DNA of 64,000 nucleotides from an uncultured virus (IMG/VR IMGVR_UViG_3300035520_001855). Lineage: Duplodnaviria; Heunggongvirae; Uroviricota; Caudoviricetes. The position numbers and the translations under genes are program-made. Below are positions 37,930 through 48,778 of the stretch, one piece after another. The notes under the pieces are model-generated. The model ran no database searches and had not been told where the DNA came from. It saw nothing but the letters and a program-made list of their open reading frames with translations. The stretch lies in IMG/VR virus record IMGVR_UViG_3300035520_001855; one strand, given 5' to 3'. How positions within the stretch are numbered: the first letter of the stretch is position 1; each line of letters opens with the position of its first letter.

Positions 37930-39372
37930 ATGACCATTTATGAATCTAAAAATCTTAATACCCTTTGGAGTATTTTCTCCTTTTTCTCTGATGATCCAGT
38001 TAATAGTTTTATGTCTGGTAATAGTTATGTAGATGTGAAAGATATTACTAAATATAATGAAAAATTAACTAAAATTCTTGATGTACAACAAACTAGAATT
38101 ACAAGTATGAATTTACCATCCAATATTAGAGTGTGTTTATCTGTGTTACAAGCCTATGCTAATCTATATGATGAAGACACTACTATCAGTAATCTCGCTA
38201 TAAGAATATTGACAGAGTACTTTCAAAATAGAATGCAACCACTAAATTTAGGTGGTGTCAGATATAACTTCTTTGAAGTGAATGACAATATTGCTAAAAT
38301 TGCTGAATCATTTGATTCTAATCTGATAGGTTTGACTTATCAAGATGTGCTCACTAAAGCACATAAAGTTATACATGATATTTGCTGTTTTTACCATGAT
38401 TATGAAGTCTACTTTGATAATTCTGAAATACCTGCCACATATTTTTATAATGCGTATCTCAAAGATGAATTAGACCAATCCACTAAAGTTTCATTTGATA
38501 CACGTTATATAAATAAAGTATATGATAAAATTGTTCGTGATCTCGAAATTTCCAAATTCTTTGATGGTAGTTATATCAGTGAATCTGAAATTCTTCGAGA
38601 TTTACAGTCAGAGTATAGTACTGATTTTGAAGAACTTGAAAATCTTGCTACTGACTGCTACTGCTATTTTGAATTCTTTGATAAGAAGTACAAGCAATTT
38701 TTATCTGAGTTTGCTAAATCCGGACTTGATGAAATACTTAGTAATTATCTAACTGTTCTATATCCTATAAGAAGTCTTGACGACTTTCTAAATTATGTTA
38801 ATCAGTATTCGAGTTTTATACTTCAAGATACGGTTAATAGAGATTTTATCTCGAACAGCAGTTCAACGGAACTCACAGCTGTTGAACAAGCATACATAGA
38901 ATGCAATGTGTTTGAGTCTGGTAACTATCCGGTTATGAAAGAATTGGAGATTGCTAAAGATACCTTATCTAATGAATACACAATTCAACATGCATTCCCG
39001 GAAAGTTTCTCATTCACTAATTTTGTGAGAATGCGTAATATGCTTTCTATAACTGGATTTGGTGCCCTTAAGTTCTTTAAGAGTATCTGCACACTTTATG
39101 ATCAACCTGTTAACGGTGTTGATTGCGATTCCGCAGTATTTAAATATATAAAAGAGTTTGCCAGCATACTAGACTGTGAAACTCAATATTCAATATGCAA
39201 AACTACCTCTGATTATTGTGTAGATCTTTGTAGTGAAGTAAATAACTTTAAAATCATCACAGCCGATAACTATACTAAGATTAAGAAATCAGAGCTATCT
39301 AAAACTAATACAATTAAATACTACAACTTATTAAAATTTGATTCAGAATTTATTGATGCCTTGAGAAATTGA
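37930..39372 (+). CDS. Hypothetical protein (only plus-strand gene)
   Basis: 480-aa ORF, GGAGG RBS, own promoter. Confidence 0.85.
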   Translation: MTIYESKNLNTLWSIFSFFSDDPVNSFMSGNSYVDVKDITKYNEKLTKILDVQQTRITSMNLPSNIRVCLSVLQAYANLYDEDTTISNLAIRILTEYFQNRMQPLNLGGVRYNFFEVNDNIAKIAESFDSNLIGLTYQDVLTKAHKVIHDICCFYHDYEVYFDNSEIPATYFYNAYLKDELDQSTKVSFDTRYINKVYDKIVRDLEISKFFDGSYISESEILRDLQSEYSTDFEELENLATDCYCYFEFFDKKYKQFLSEFAKSGLDEILSNYLTVLYPIRSLDDFLNYVNQYSSFILQDTVNRDFISNSSSTELTAVEQAYIECNVFESGNYPVMKELEIAKDTLSNEYTIQHAFPESFSFTNFVRMRNMLSITGFGALKFFKSICTLYDQPVNGVDCDSAVFKYIKEFASILDCETQYSICKTTSDYCVDLCSEVNNFKIITADNYTKIKKSELSKTNTIKYYNLLKFDSEFIDALRN

Positions 39373-39391
39373 TAAATTTCATGAGAGGACT

Positions 39392-39550
39392 ATCATCAGC
39401 GGTTATTCTTCGGGATGCCGCTGATGACGCTCTCTAAACACCAATCAAAACATAACTTTTGGAGTTGTAGATTAAGAGACACAAAATGATTTTATGTCCC
39501 TTAATGTGCAACTTCAAATATATACTGGGTATCATATAATACCCAGTATA
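39392..39550. terminator. Three hairpins between convergent genes
   Basis: Stems at 39392-39426, 39459-39518 and 39519-39550. Confidence 0.55.
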
Positions 39551-39559
39551 TTAATTATA

Positions 39560-40267
39560 TTATTCACTTAGTTTAGTTGTTGTTTCTGTATCTGTTATTG
39601 ACTCTTCATCTTCGGTTGTAGTCACTTCGGTAAGATCTGAATGATCTTTTCCGTTGCCACTCTTGTTTATATCTTTAGATGATTCATCTAAAATATTATC
39701 ACGTGTTTCATAATACATTATTGAGAATGTTGTAGGATACCCATCATCATCTAAATTCAAATGTAAAATATATTGTCTATTTGAATTAAATTTTATCTTG
39801 TACTCAAGGTAATCTTTGCCCACTTCCTGTAACACATAAGGTGGTTCCTCATAACTTGAACAAGCATATCCTTCAACAAAATCATAAAGATATTCCATAG
39901 ATTTTTCATCAAAATAATCTCTTAATGAGTCATATGCAATTGTGCATCCAGTTGACATTACATGTGCAACTGCTACAGCTACTGCCTGATTTGTATAATC
40001 AGGATCTCGTACTTCATTAAGATAATATTCAATTGCATCATGTGGTGTACTTGTTGCCTCTTGCACCTGTTGTTGCTCCTCTAATTGCTGTTGTTCAATT
40101 GCCTCTTTTTTGCTTTCAGATACCTTATCATAAATAAGAAGACAAGCAACCACAACTACCATAAGTATGACAGGTATAAAACCTTTTAACTTTGATTTTG
40201 GCTTTTTTTCTTTTTGTGGCTCCTGTTGTATTAAAATATCATCATCACCGATTCCATGCAATTCCAT
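39560..40267 (-). CDS. Single-pass membrane protein
   Basis: FIPVILMVVVVACLLIY TM segment after a basic patch. Confidence 0.75.
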   Translation of the reverse strand: MELHGIGDDDILIQQEPQKEKKPKSKLKGFIPVILMVVVVACLLIYDKVSESKKEAIEQQQLEEQQQVQEATSTPHDAIEYYLNEVRDPDYTNQAVAVAVAHVMSTGCTIAYDSLRDYFDEKSMEYLYDFVEGYACSSYEEPPYVLQEVGKDYLEYKIKFNSNRQYILHLNLDDDGYPTTFSIMYYETRDNILDESSKDINKSGNGKDHSDLTEVTTTEDEESITDTETTTKLSE

Positions 40268-40279
40268 ATTATCACCTCA

Positions 40280-41506
40280 CTAAAAATCAATATTAAGATC
40301 ATACGTAAAATTATGTGTCGTCATATTATTTAAACTTTGTAAGTCTGGTTTAGTTACCTCAACTTTATGTGTTTCCGATGTTTGCATTGCAGCATTCTTT
40401 GTTGCAATTGTATTTTCCTCAACAGCTTGTGCTCTCATTGTACGTTGTGTGATACTACTACTCTCATTCATTATATCTCTTAGAACAATTAAATTATCTT
40501 CAGCATCCAATTGTGTTTTAGCTTGTTTTATTGTATGTTTATACAATTTTGATATTTTCTCTTGTGGTATCTTTGTGAATACTTCTGAAATTTGATGCTT
40601 TTCATGATTGTTGAATAAAGTCACAGACCCACCATACATATAGAACACAGCATCTCTAATAAACTCATGGAAGCCAGACCACATATCTACTATATTTAGT
40701 GTTGACTCTAAATCCTGTAAAAATATGATAAAATTTGGAAAATCCCTGAATAAAGCTTCAATAGTTTCAATATAAACTTTTGCAGATACTTTGGAAAAAT
40801 AATTTCTCATTAAAGTTCCAAGGTCTTGACTATCATCAAAAGTCTGTAGGAAGTTTGTGATTTCTCTTGCATTGCAATTAGTGACACTTGCTAAAAATGA
40901 CTTATCAGCTGCAGACAAGCCATTAACATTATATTCTCTTTCTAGCCTGTCAATAAGAATTCTACATTCTGTTGTAGTCAACCTTTTAAAATTTAATTTT
41001 AGCTGTGCTCTTGTTTTTAACGTATCCAAGATTTCATTGTAGTTTGTTGTACACATAATGACATGAGTATCTTCTGGAATTCGTTCAAGTTCTTCTAAAA
41101 GCATATCCTGATTCTTACCAAGCAGATGAACCTCTTCCAATATATAAAAAGTTTTTTCTCCAGGTATTGCTTGTAAGTCGAATATCTCTTTTATCATCTT
41201 TCTCACGTCATCTTTTGTTATCATTTTTCCAATGTTTATCTTTTTGATATTCCTTGATACACCTGTTGTTTCAAGTGCCTGTAAATTATCACGGCATCTC
41301 TCGCACTCAAGGCATGGATTACCATTGTGTTGCTTACAAGTTGCAGCCATAGCAATTAACTCAGCCATTGTTGATTTACCACTACCAGAATCACCATAAA
41401 GAAATATAAATTTAGATAATTTGTTTTTTAATAACTGATTTAAAATTATAGACTTATTGGTTGTCTGCCCAATAATATCTTCAAATTTATTTATTCGTTT
41501 TGCCAT
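40280..41506 (-). CDS. dnaX: DnaX-like clamp-loader AAA+ ATPase
   Basis: FEDIIGQ, GDSGSGKST, PCLECERC, ILEEVHLL, VIMCTTN. Confidence 0.85.
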   Translation of the reverse strand: MAKRINKFEDIIGQTTNKSIILNQLLKNKLSKFIFLYGDSGSGKSTMAELIAMAATCKQHNGNPCLECERCRDNLQALETTGVSRNIKKINIGKMITKDDVRKMIKEIFDLQAIPGEKTFYILEEVHLLGKNQDMLLEELERIPEDTHVIMCTTNYNEILDTLKTRAQLKLNFKRLTTTECRILIDRLEREYNVNGLSAADKSFLASVTNCNAREITNFLQTFDDSQDLGTLMRNYFSKVSAKVYIETIEALFRDFPNFIIFLQDLESTLNIVDMWSGFHEFIRDAVFYMYGGSVTLFNNHEKHQISEVFTKIPQEKISKLYKHTIKQAKTQLDAEDNLIVLRDIMNESSSITQRTMRAQAVEENTIATKNAAMQTSETHKVEVTKPDLQSLNNMTTHNFTYDLNIDF

Positions 41507-41650
41507 CAATTTCACTCCTTTACATTTATTAAGTGTACTAAAGAAGTATCCTAATACATTTAATAAATGCAATAGTAAATATTCATCTATGTAAAAAATG
41601 CAGGTGGCATTAAGCCACCTGCTAGCATTGAATATGCTAAATATGAATCA

Positions 41651-43255
41651 TCAAATTGACAACTCATTAAGCTCCTTCTCAAGTGCACCAAAGTTAGTTG
41701 TCTGAGCAAGAAGATTGCCCTTAGCATTTGCAACAGTGCTGTCAAGGAAAGCCTTCTGGATATCTTCAGAATCAATATTAGTAGACTTCTTCTTAAGAGT
41801 TGCACTGGTGCTAGTACGCTTAGCTGCAATACCATCACGATATCTCTTGTATACCTTAAGGATACTCTCCTCTGTAATACCATTAGCTTTTGCGTGACCT
41901 GCTGCTGTAAAACCTGCTGTATTAAGGTCATCAAGTGAATAGCCGTCCTTACCAAGTTCATGTGCAACATCAACGATTCTATCCTTTGCACCTTCCTTAG
42001 CTGCAGGAACTAACTGATATACAGGCATTGGGTGACCTGTAAGCTCAATAGCTGAAGGCTTAGCTGTATCATAGTTCTTCTTACCCCAATCAATAGCCTT
42101 GAGACCTAATGAACTAATCTTTGCAGCATCCTTTACAAAACTGAGATCGATGTTGCCAGCTGCGTCCTTAGTGATTGTCTTCTTTGTATCTGGGTCAAGA
42201 AGCTCATAACGCTGTACGTTCTTACCAGCATCAACATTTGTAAGCAATGTTTCAAGCTTAGTCTTAATAAGCTGTGTCTCAGACTCTGTAAGATTGTCTG
42301 CATTCTTAAACTCATAAGTCTTAACAGGGATTGTATTTTCCTGAATAGCAAGACCACGTACAGGGAATCTGAATGATGACTTAGCCTTTGTACCGGAGAA
42401 TGTATCGCCTGTCTTTCTGCTTCTGGTCAGCTTAACAAAAGCTTCAATTTCACCGTTTGTGCTATTCTTCTTGTAATATGGGTTTGCATTGAAGAGCTCA
42501 CGTGCCTCCTGAATTCTAGCATCACAGCATACAAATGCATTATAGAAGAAAGCATCATATGATACTGGAATATGTACCTCAGCAGATGCACTTACCTCAT
42601 CAGGTGTTGGTGCTACAAAATTAGGCTGTGTTAAAATGCTCTGAGGCACCTGTAATTTCTCACGTGTCTTAATAACAGCACCAATAAGATTTCTAGGAGC
42701 AGACATACCGTAGCTAATCTTTGCTGTCTTCTTGCCATACTTGTCCTTCTGCTCCTTTGTTACGGACTTACCCTTAGCCAATGCATCACGATCTGCCTGA
42801 GATGGGTTGGTAGTCTCATCAATAACGAAACTGCCATCTTTATTCTTCTGATAAGAAGATGATACACCGATTTTAGCCTTAGGACCATTCTCAAAGATAA
42901 GACCCTCAACTCTCATATACTTCTGGCAGTAAGTTCTGTAAAGCTTCATTGCTGCGGTGAACTCGCCTGCACCCTTTGAAACGATCTCGTTAATACTGCT
43001 ATCAACAAAATCATTGTTCTCCTTAATCTTGGCATTTCTCTCTGCTTTCTCTCTTTCTTTTCTTGCTTCCTCAGCTGCAGTACTTGCCTCAATATCTTTG
43101 GAGAACTCATCAGTTGCACCCTGAGTTTCCTGCTGTCTAGCAGTTTCCTCCTTAGCTTCATTGAGAAGTGAATCCATCATTGCGTTGTTCTCCTCTGTTG
43201 TGTTCTCGCCTGCAGCTCTCTGCTGAGCTACTGCCTTTGGATCAAATTTTGCCAT
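41651..43255 (-). CDS. Abundant-looking hypothetical protein
   Basis: AAGGAGG RBS, own terminator (41598-41622), codon usage shifted toward AAG/GAG/GCT. Confidence 0.8.
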   Translation of the reverse strand: MAKFDPKAVAQQRAAGENTTEENNAMMDSLLNEAKEETARQQETQGATDEFSKDIEASTAAEEARKEREKAERNAKIKENNDFVDSSINEIVSKGAGEFTAAMKLYRTYCQKYMRVEGLIFENGPKAKIGVSSSYQKNKDGSFVIDETTNPSQADRDALAKGKSVTKEQKDKYGKKTAKISYGMSAPRNLIGAVIKTREKLQVPQSILTQPNFVAPTPDEVSASAEVHIPVSYDAFFYNAFVCCDARIQEARELFNANPYYKKNSTNGEIEAFVKLTRSRKTGDTFSGTKAKSSFRFPVRGLAIQENTIPVKTYEFKNADNLTESETQLIKTKLETLLTNVDAGKNVQRYELLDPDTKKTITKDAAGNIDLSFVKDAAKISSLGLKAIDWGKKNYDTAKPSAIELTGHPMPVYQLVPAAKEGAKDRIVDVAHELGKDGYSLDDLNTAGFTAAGHAKANGITEESILKVYKRYRDGIAAKRTSTSATLKKKSTNIDSEDIQKAFLDSTVANAKGNLLAQTTNFGALEKELNELSI

Positions 43256-43439
43256 AACTACTTCCTCCTTTAATAAATTTTTTAATTTTGTAGTTTCGAT
43301 TGGCGTATCTTCAAAAGTGTTCATTTTTTACTCACCCCTCTTATAAGAGTCCTGATTCACTTTTAAATTTACACCTATGTATGTAATAGCTTACTAAATT
43401 TTGGTAAGCTATTACATACGAGAAATCTTTAGTTTATCC

Positions 43440-44144
43440 TCAAATTTCTGTTACAACTGTACTTGGATTATCATAACTTTCTAAAATTTCTTTCAACTCT
43501 GTAAAATTTATAACAGGCAAAGTTGTTCTTATTATGTATTTATCAGGCTCTGTATAGATATACTTAATGTCCATTTTCTTTATCATATTGATACTGATGA
43601 ATATATTACCAGTATTACCACTCTCCTCTTCAGTTTTTGCCATGAAATCTATTTTGTCCTGTGTCATAGATTTATCAATTACCGTGAAGAATAATTCTAA
43701 AGTATTGTTATCTGATTTACGTATATTCTTTAACACACTTGAATCATCTGTGAAATCATTATCATTAATTGCCAAAATGTTCTTAGTTATGAGCTGTTCC
43801 TTTAAATTTTTCACCTTTAAATCATATACTTTTTTGCAATTTACAATCACTTTGTGAATTTTATTTTCTGTGAATTCACTAACATTATTTGTTGTAAATT
43901 GTAGTCTGTTTAAATTGTACATAATTCTATACGTTGGCGTTACACTATCAGCAAAAATTAAAGGATTATGTGTTTTTCTATTATTCAACATAAACCCAAT
44001 AAGTTGTAAATTTTTTGAGTAGTTGTCTAGAACATACTTTATATCTTTTATTTTCTGGAGTGTATCCTCTTGTGTAAATTGTTTTTTATCAAAAACAAAA
44101 TACATATAATTACACTCATCTATATATGTTTCAGAATATTGCAA
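43440..44144 (-). CDS. Hypothetical protein
   Basis: Abuts upstream stop. Confidence 0.7.
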   Translation of the reverse strand: MQYSETYIDECNYMYFVFDKKQFTQEDTLQKIKDIKYVLDNYSKNLQLIGFMLNNRKTHNPLIFADSVTPTYRIMYNLNRLQFTTNNVSEFTENKIHKVIVNCKKVYDLKVKNLKEQLITKNILAINDNDFTDDSSVLKNIRKSDNNTLELFFTVIDKSMTQDKIDFMAKTEEESGNTGNIFISINMIKKMDIKYIYTEPDKYIIRTTLPVINFTELKEILESYDNPSTVVTEI

Positions 44145-44774
44145 TTATTTCAACTCCCCTATAGATTTGTTTAACTGATACATTTGCAAGATATATGGGT
44201 CTTTGAACAAAGTATTTATTATCTCAGGGTCATCAATTTGAATATCCAAGATTTCATTATACTCTATCAAAAAATCAGTCAATTCAAATCTATCGACATT
44301 AAAGTCAGACATATTCATAATACTATTAAAAAGCTCAAATTCCTCAATAGTAAAATTGGCTGATAACTTCTCTGGTAAAGTCAATCGTATTTGTTTACCA
44401 TATACCTTGTAAATTATGATTGATACAGGAGCCATAACTTTTATAAACTCCCTAAAAAAACATTTAACAGCTTTTTCAACCTCAGCTTTATTTATATATC
44501 TAAGGTACTTGCTGTTTTTTGATTCTGAATTAGCATCACATTCCAGATACTCTAAAATAGCTAAAGCATTTATGACAATGTCTTCAAAATCATTAGGTAG
44601 CACTTTATTAGCAAGTTGTGAATGCACAAAGCTTGAAAAATCGAGTAATAAAAGATTATCTTCATCATCTTTATCAGATAAGAAACTTCTTAAACTTGCA
44701 TCGTGTCTAGTCAAAGATTTCTTCACATAGATGTAAACAAAATAATTGACATGTATTGAATTTAATTCTCTCAA
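44145..44774 (-). CDS. Hypothetical protein
   Basis: Start overlaps the exonuclease stop. Confidence 0.7.
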   Translation of the reverse strand: MRELNSIHVNYFVYIYVKKSLTRHDASLRSFLSDKDDEDNLLLLDFSSFVHSQLANKVLPNDFEDIVINALAILEYLECDANSESKNSKYLRYINKAEVEKAVKCFFREFIKVMAPVSIIIYKVYGKQIRLTLPEKLSANFTIEEFELFNSIMNMSDFNVDRFELTDFLIEYNEILDIQIDDPEIINTLFKDPYILQMYQLNKSIGELK

Positions 44775-45775
44775 TCAAATCCACCTCTATCCCTTATCTC
44801 AATATTAGGCACAGACGACTCACTAAATAAACGTGTTTCAGACACCTGTCCAATTTCTTTTAGATATTTTTCTTTTACTTCTGTTTGCAATTCACCCATA
44901 TCCTCAATGAAGTCTATTCCAAGCTTTGTACACAATGACTTGCAGCCTGTCAATGATAAAAGCTTTTTAAGTGCGTTTTTATTAATCGGCTCCTTTGATA
45001 TTGTTATAGGAGTTTCCAATTTTCTTGGGTATATCACCTCAATTCTTTTTAACATTTCCCCATAGATAGTATCTCCCAAAGCAGGTTTAAAGAAATCCGC
45101 AACTTCCAATGCTGTTTCTTTGAGCCTATTATCGAGATTATTTTTCTTACAGTATTGTGTGTAGATTTTAAATAAATCATTTAAGCTGTATGTACCATTC
45201 TCATATAATTTAGATATATTATCTGACTTGTCACCAAATAAAACTTTATAAAAACTTATTGTATTTAGTGGTACATATGTATAAGGTGTACTACAAACTT
45301 TATCAAAATTTCTAACAGTTATTTCTTTACCATTCTTGTTTGCTGGATAAAGTGATGTATATTCAGAAGTTATATTATGAGCCCAGTCTAAATCAGTTGT
45401 GAAACCATCAACATACTGCTTTTCTACATCACGACCATAATCAAAAACTGCAGATGCTATCCAGTCTGCTTCATAACCAGGTATTTTAAAACAATTTGGT
45501 ACAACATCTTTCAGATGATCATATAATAAATCTGCCTGAAACCTAATATCAGGTCTGTTAGATCTGCCACCTTTATACTCTGGTAAAGTACTTTTGGCAT
45601 TTGTCCAACTATCAAATACTAAAACTGGAACCGAATCATACTTTAATGCATAGCAGAGTGTTCTCATTAAATTGTAAATACCACCCGTTGGTATACCTTT
45701 ATACTTAGCCTTTTCACCGAAACTAGTACCCATACCAGAATATAAAAATGTTGAAACGTCATAAACCTCTAACAT
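44771..45775 (-). CDS. 5'-3' exonuclease/flap endonuclease (PolI-N/T5 D15-like)
   Basis: VLVFDS, PEYKGGR, PGYEAD, TTDLD, LFGDKSDNI. Confidence 0.9.
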   Translation of the reverse strand: MLEVYDVSTFLYSGMGTSFGEKAKYKGIPTGGIYNLMRTLCYALKYDSVPVLVFDSWTNAKSTLPEYKGGRSNRPDIRFQADLLYDHLKDVVPNCFKIPGYEADWIASAVFDYGRDVEKQYVDGFTTDLDWAHNITSEYTSLYPANKNGKEITVRNFDKVCSTPYTYVPLNTISFYKVLFGDKSDNISKLYENGTYSLNDLFKIYTQYCKKNNLDNRLKETALEVADFFKPALGDTIYGEMLKRIEVIYPRKLETPITISKEPINKNALKKLLSLTGCKSLCTKLGIDFIEDMGELQTEVKEKYLKEIGQVSETRLFSESSVPNIEIRDRGGFD

Positions 45776-47119
45776 TTACCAACCACCTCCAATAAGACAC
45801 TTTAATTCATTGTCAATCAATGGTTTTAAGACTGTATTTATAAAAGTGACATTTGATGATGACTTTGCTTTTATTTTAGCGTTAAGATTTGTTGTTTCGC
45901 TTAATAAAGAAAATACATTTAAATCCTGTGCAACTGATACGATTTCATAAATCAATAAAGGTGAAATTCCTGTTAAACCAAGTGATTCAAGCTCTGTTAA
46001 ACTTTTGAGTTGCAACATATAATCTTTTTCTTGTAATCTGTAAACTTCTTCCTGATACTTCTCAACTAGTAGATAAAACTTATAAATTAAAGCCAATCTA
46101 AAATGATTGTGCCAATTATCTTGATAATTTCTTTCAAGTAAATCCCAGTCTAAAGTATTTTGTGTCTTTTTATAAGGCTCAAATACATTATTAAAGTAGG
46201 TGCTGGCACTTGAGTAAAAGCTCACAGTGTTTTTCTTTTCATGCTCAATGTATGCTCCAAGTGCGAAAAATGAACCGTAATTATTATCTATGCTACGCAT
46301 ATTATCAAGGACGTTTGTTTGAAGTGACTCTGCTAAACTTTTATCGCTACCAAACATTACATCCATCAAATATAACATTAGCTCCTGATATTCTTTTTCA
46401 GCTTCTTCAATTGTTCCAAGGTACTTTTGTTGAAACTCTTCAATAGATCTCCGTGCATCATCTAAGATTGCTACACGATTCTTATCACATAACACTTTTC
46501 TAATAAAAGTTGTTAATTTCTTACTCATTAAGTCAGTTGTGCTATAACCTAACACTAATCCAATATCACTTTTACTTGAAGCAGCATTCAATGAATCTAT
46601 TCGCTCACGTACCGATGCCCTTCTTGGATAAAGTCTTTTCAAATACTCCAATATATCCCATTGATTTGGTGTGAGTCTTATTTTTACTCTCTCATTTTGA
46701 AGAATGATTCTTGACTTATCAAAGATCTCAGGAGCTTCTTCACCTTCACCTAATACAATGTAATGAACTTCTTTTCTTTCTGATTTACTCTTTAAATAGT
46801 CAGCTTTAAATTGTGTGAATTGCTCTTGTGTCAAATATCCTGATGCATCCTCATTTAATGAGTTGTCAGCATCTATCTTTTTTATCAATCCGGCTATTTT
46901 TATTGCATTTACAGGAACATCTTTAAACTTGTTTGAAATATACTTCTTTGGATTAAAATCACCTTCAAGCACAGTCTCGATTGTTTTTGTATCAAGAAAA
47001 TGTTGATAATTCTCGAGATTACGTATACAATTATACTTAACCTGCTTACTAAAGTACTTTTCAATAAAATCCAAAAATTCTTCATTAAAAAGTAATGAGT
47101 TATATATGCTCTTTCTCAA
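45776..47119 (-). CDS. Hypothetical protein in the replication operon
   Basis: 447-aa ORF abutting neighbours. Confidence 0.75.
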   Translation of the reverse strand: MRKSIYNSLLFNEEFLDFIEKYFSKQVKYNCIRNLENYQHFLDTKTIETVLEGDFNPKKYISNKFKDVPVNAIKIAGLIKKIDADNSLNEDASGYLTQEQFTQFKADYLKSKSERKEVHYIVLGEGEEAPEIFDKSRIILQNERVKIRLTPNQWDILEYLKRLYPRRASVRERIDSLNAASSKSDIGLVLGYSTTDLMSKKLTTFIRKVLCDKNRVAILDDARRSIEEFQQKYLGTIEEAEKEYQELMLYLMDVMFGSDKSLAESLQTNVLDNMRSIDNNYGSFFALGAYIEHEKKNTVSFYSSASTYFNNVFEPYKKTQNTLDWDLLERNYQDNWHNHFRLALIYKFYLLVEKYQEEVYRLQEKDYMLQLKSLTELESLGLTGISPLLIYEIVSVAQDLNVFSLLSETTNLNAKIKAKSSSNVTFINTVLKPLIDNELKCLIGGGW

Positions 47120-47123
47120 GACA

Positions 47124-47549
47124 TTAACCCCCTCTCAACTTCTTTAACTTAGCTAGTTTATTTTTCTTATCCTCAGAGGACTTAGAACCAACATTCTCAA
47201 TCTTAATTTCTTTTGGTGGTTCTGTATTAGGTTTAACTTGTTGTGTCATTAGTTTTGGCTCAGCTGTGTTTAATATCATAGGTGCTGAATTAACATTATG
47301 CAACATCTCCTCTATTGCTGTCAGCTTTGTAAGAATTGTTTCACTTGTTAAATCAGGTGTGGTTTGCACCACACCTGATTGTTCGTCACTTGTCTGTGTC
47401 TGACTTCTGATAAAAGCTCTTATAGTGTTCTCTAAAGAAAATGTTGTATAATTGTTTAACTTGTGGTTACTACTTAGTGTGACTAATAAATCACAAACAT
47501 CGTCACTAAAGTCATCTGCATCTATTTCAATTATGAATTTCCTACCCAT
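47124..47549 (-). CDS. Putative ParR-like adaptor
   Basis: Overlaps the ParM stop; small, with basic C-terminal tail; positional inference. Confidence 0.5.
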   Translation of the reverse strand: MGRKFIIEIDADDFSDDVCDLLVTLSSNHKLNNYTTFSLENTIRAFIRSQTQTSDEQSGVVQTTPDLTSETILTKLTAIEEMLHNVNSAPMILNTAEPKLMTQQVKPNTEPPKEIKIENVGSKSSEDKKNKLAKLKKLRGG

Positions 47550-48778
47550 AGGGAAGTTACAGCTCCTTCACAAACATACTGATCCCCCTTTAAAACACTT
47601 ACCTTAATATCTGGTGCTAGACTTTTAAGCTTATTATTAAGCTTGCTAGCAATTGAAGAAACTTTGCCATCAACTGTGACTGTATCTCCAAATAATCTGC
47701 CATGTAAAATAACTTCTTCAATATCATCTAATGATTTCTGCATCATATCACACAAACCATTAATGCTGTTATAAATTGACTGAGCAACCTGCTCCTTTGC
47801 TACATCTACATAGCTAAATACATCAACATTCGAATTACCTCTGATAAGAATACCATTAACAAGCGAATCTTCAACAGCAGAAAGTTCTGGTTTTGAGCGT
47901 CCTGTTTCTGATTGATAAATTCTTGCAATACTGTCAAGAAGTAACTTGCCACCAAATTCATTTGTATCTGCTTGCGCATCGACAAGTTGTCCGCCAATCA
48001 CTACAGCCATATCTGTTGTACCGCCACCACCATCAACAATAATAGCAGTTTTGTCCATGATACTTCTTTCAACGTCTTCAGCTTCATTACTTGCTATATC
48101 ATAGATAATAGCTGTTGGCTCATTCTCAAGCCAGATATCATCCTCAATACGTATATTAATTTTAACACCGACACGTGGCATTGTTACTGTGTAATGACCT
48201 TTAAGTCTATTCTTCAAAGTTTCAACTGTAAACTTTGATTTTAGATCACGTGGTGGTAAAGTCATGGCAAGATGAACCCTGTAGCAAGCTTTTAATTCAC
48301 CGCCATTATTCACACTTTCAAGCACATTAAGTGTTATAGCTGAAAGGATATTGTAATATGTTGTCTTTGTCTCTACCTTAGAAACACGGGAGTTTCTCTC
48401 AACTTTTGCACCTGGCATACCAACTAAAAGATCGCCCTTTACAAAATGAGCCTCATTAAAAATCTTCTCTGGCTTCTCACTTGGCACCGTTACATCTCTC
48501 ACAATAAACTCCATATTTGAGTACAAAGCTTTACTTGCCGATTTAAGCATGGTAATGTCACCAACTTCAAGCACATCTGAATTCAGCTCCCTGACTGTGC
48601 CAATCTCCATTTCTTCATTATCAAATGGAGCAAATCTTGTATAGGTTGAACCTGAGTCAATAGCTATATTCAACTCTTCTGAACCTGTTTGATCCTGTGA
48701 ATATTGTGGCATTTCATAATTAAGCCAGCTTTCCTTGTCGTTTGTTTTACACTTACTGATACTGCTAACATTAGTCAT
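47531..48778 (-). CDS. parM: ParM/StbA-family actin-like ATPase
   Basis: IAIDSGSTYTR, LENEP, IIVDGGGGTTD. Confidence 0.85.
   Translation of the reverse strand: MTNVSSISKCKTNDKESWLNYEMPQYSQDQTGSEELNIAIDSGSTYTRFAPFDNEEMEIGTVRELNSDVLEVGDITMLKSASKALYSNMEFIVRDVTVPSEKPEKIFNEAHFVKGDLLVGMPGAKVERNSRVSKVETKTTYYNILSAITLNVLESVNNGGELKACYRVHLAMTLPPRDLKSKFTVETLKNRLKGHYTVTMPRVGVKINIRIEDDIWLENEPTAIIYDIASNEAEDVERSIMDKTAIIVDGGGGTTDMAVVIGGQLVDAQADTNEFGGKLLLDSIARIYQSETGRSKPELSAVEDSLVNGILIRGNSNVDVFSYVDVAKEQVAQSIYNSINGLCDMMQKSLDDIEEVILHGRLFGDTVTVDGKVSSIASKLNNKLKSLAPDIKVSVLKGDQYVCEGAVTSLWVGNS

Noticed and set aside
41651..43255. Major capsid protein call
   Set aside because: No recognisable HK97 features and no portal, protease or terminase nearby
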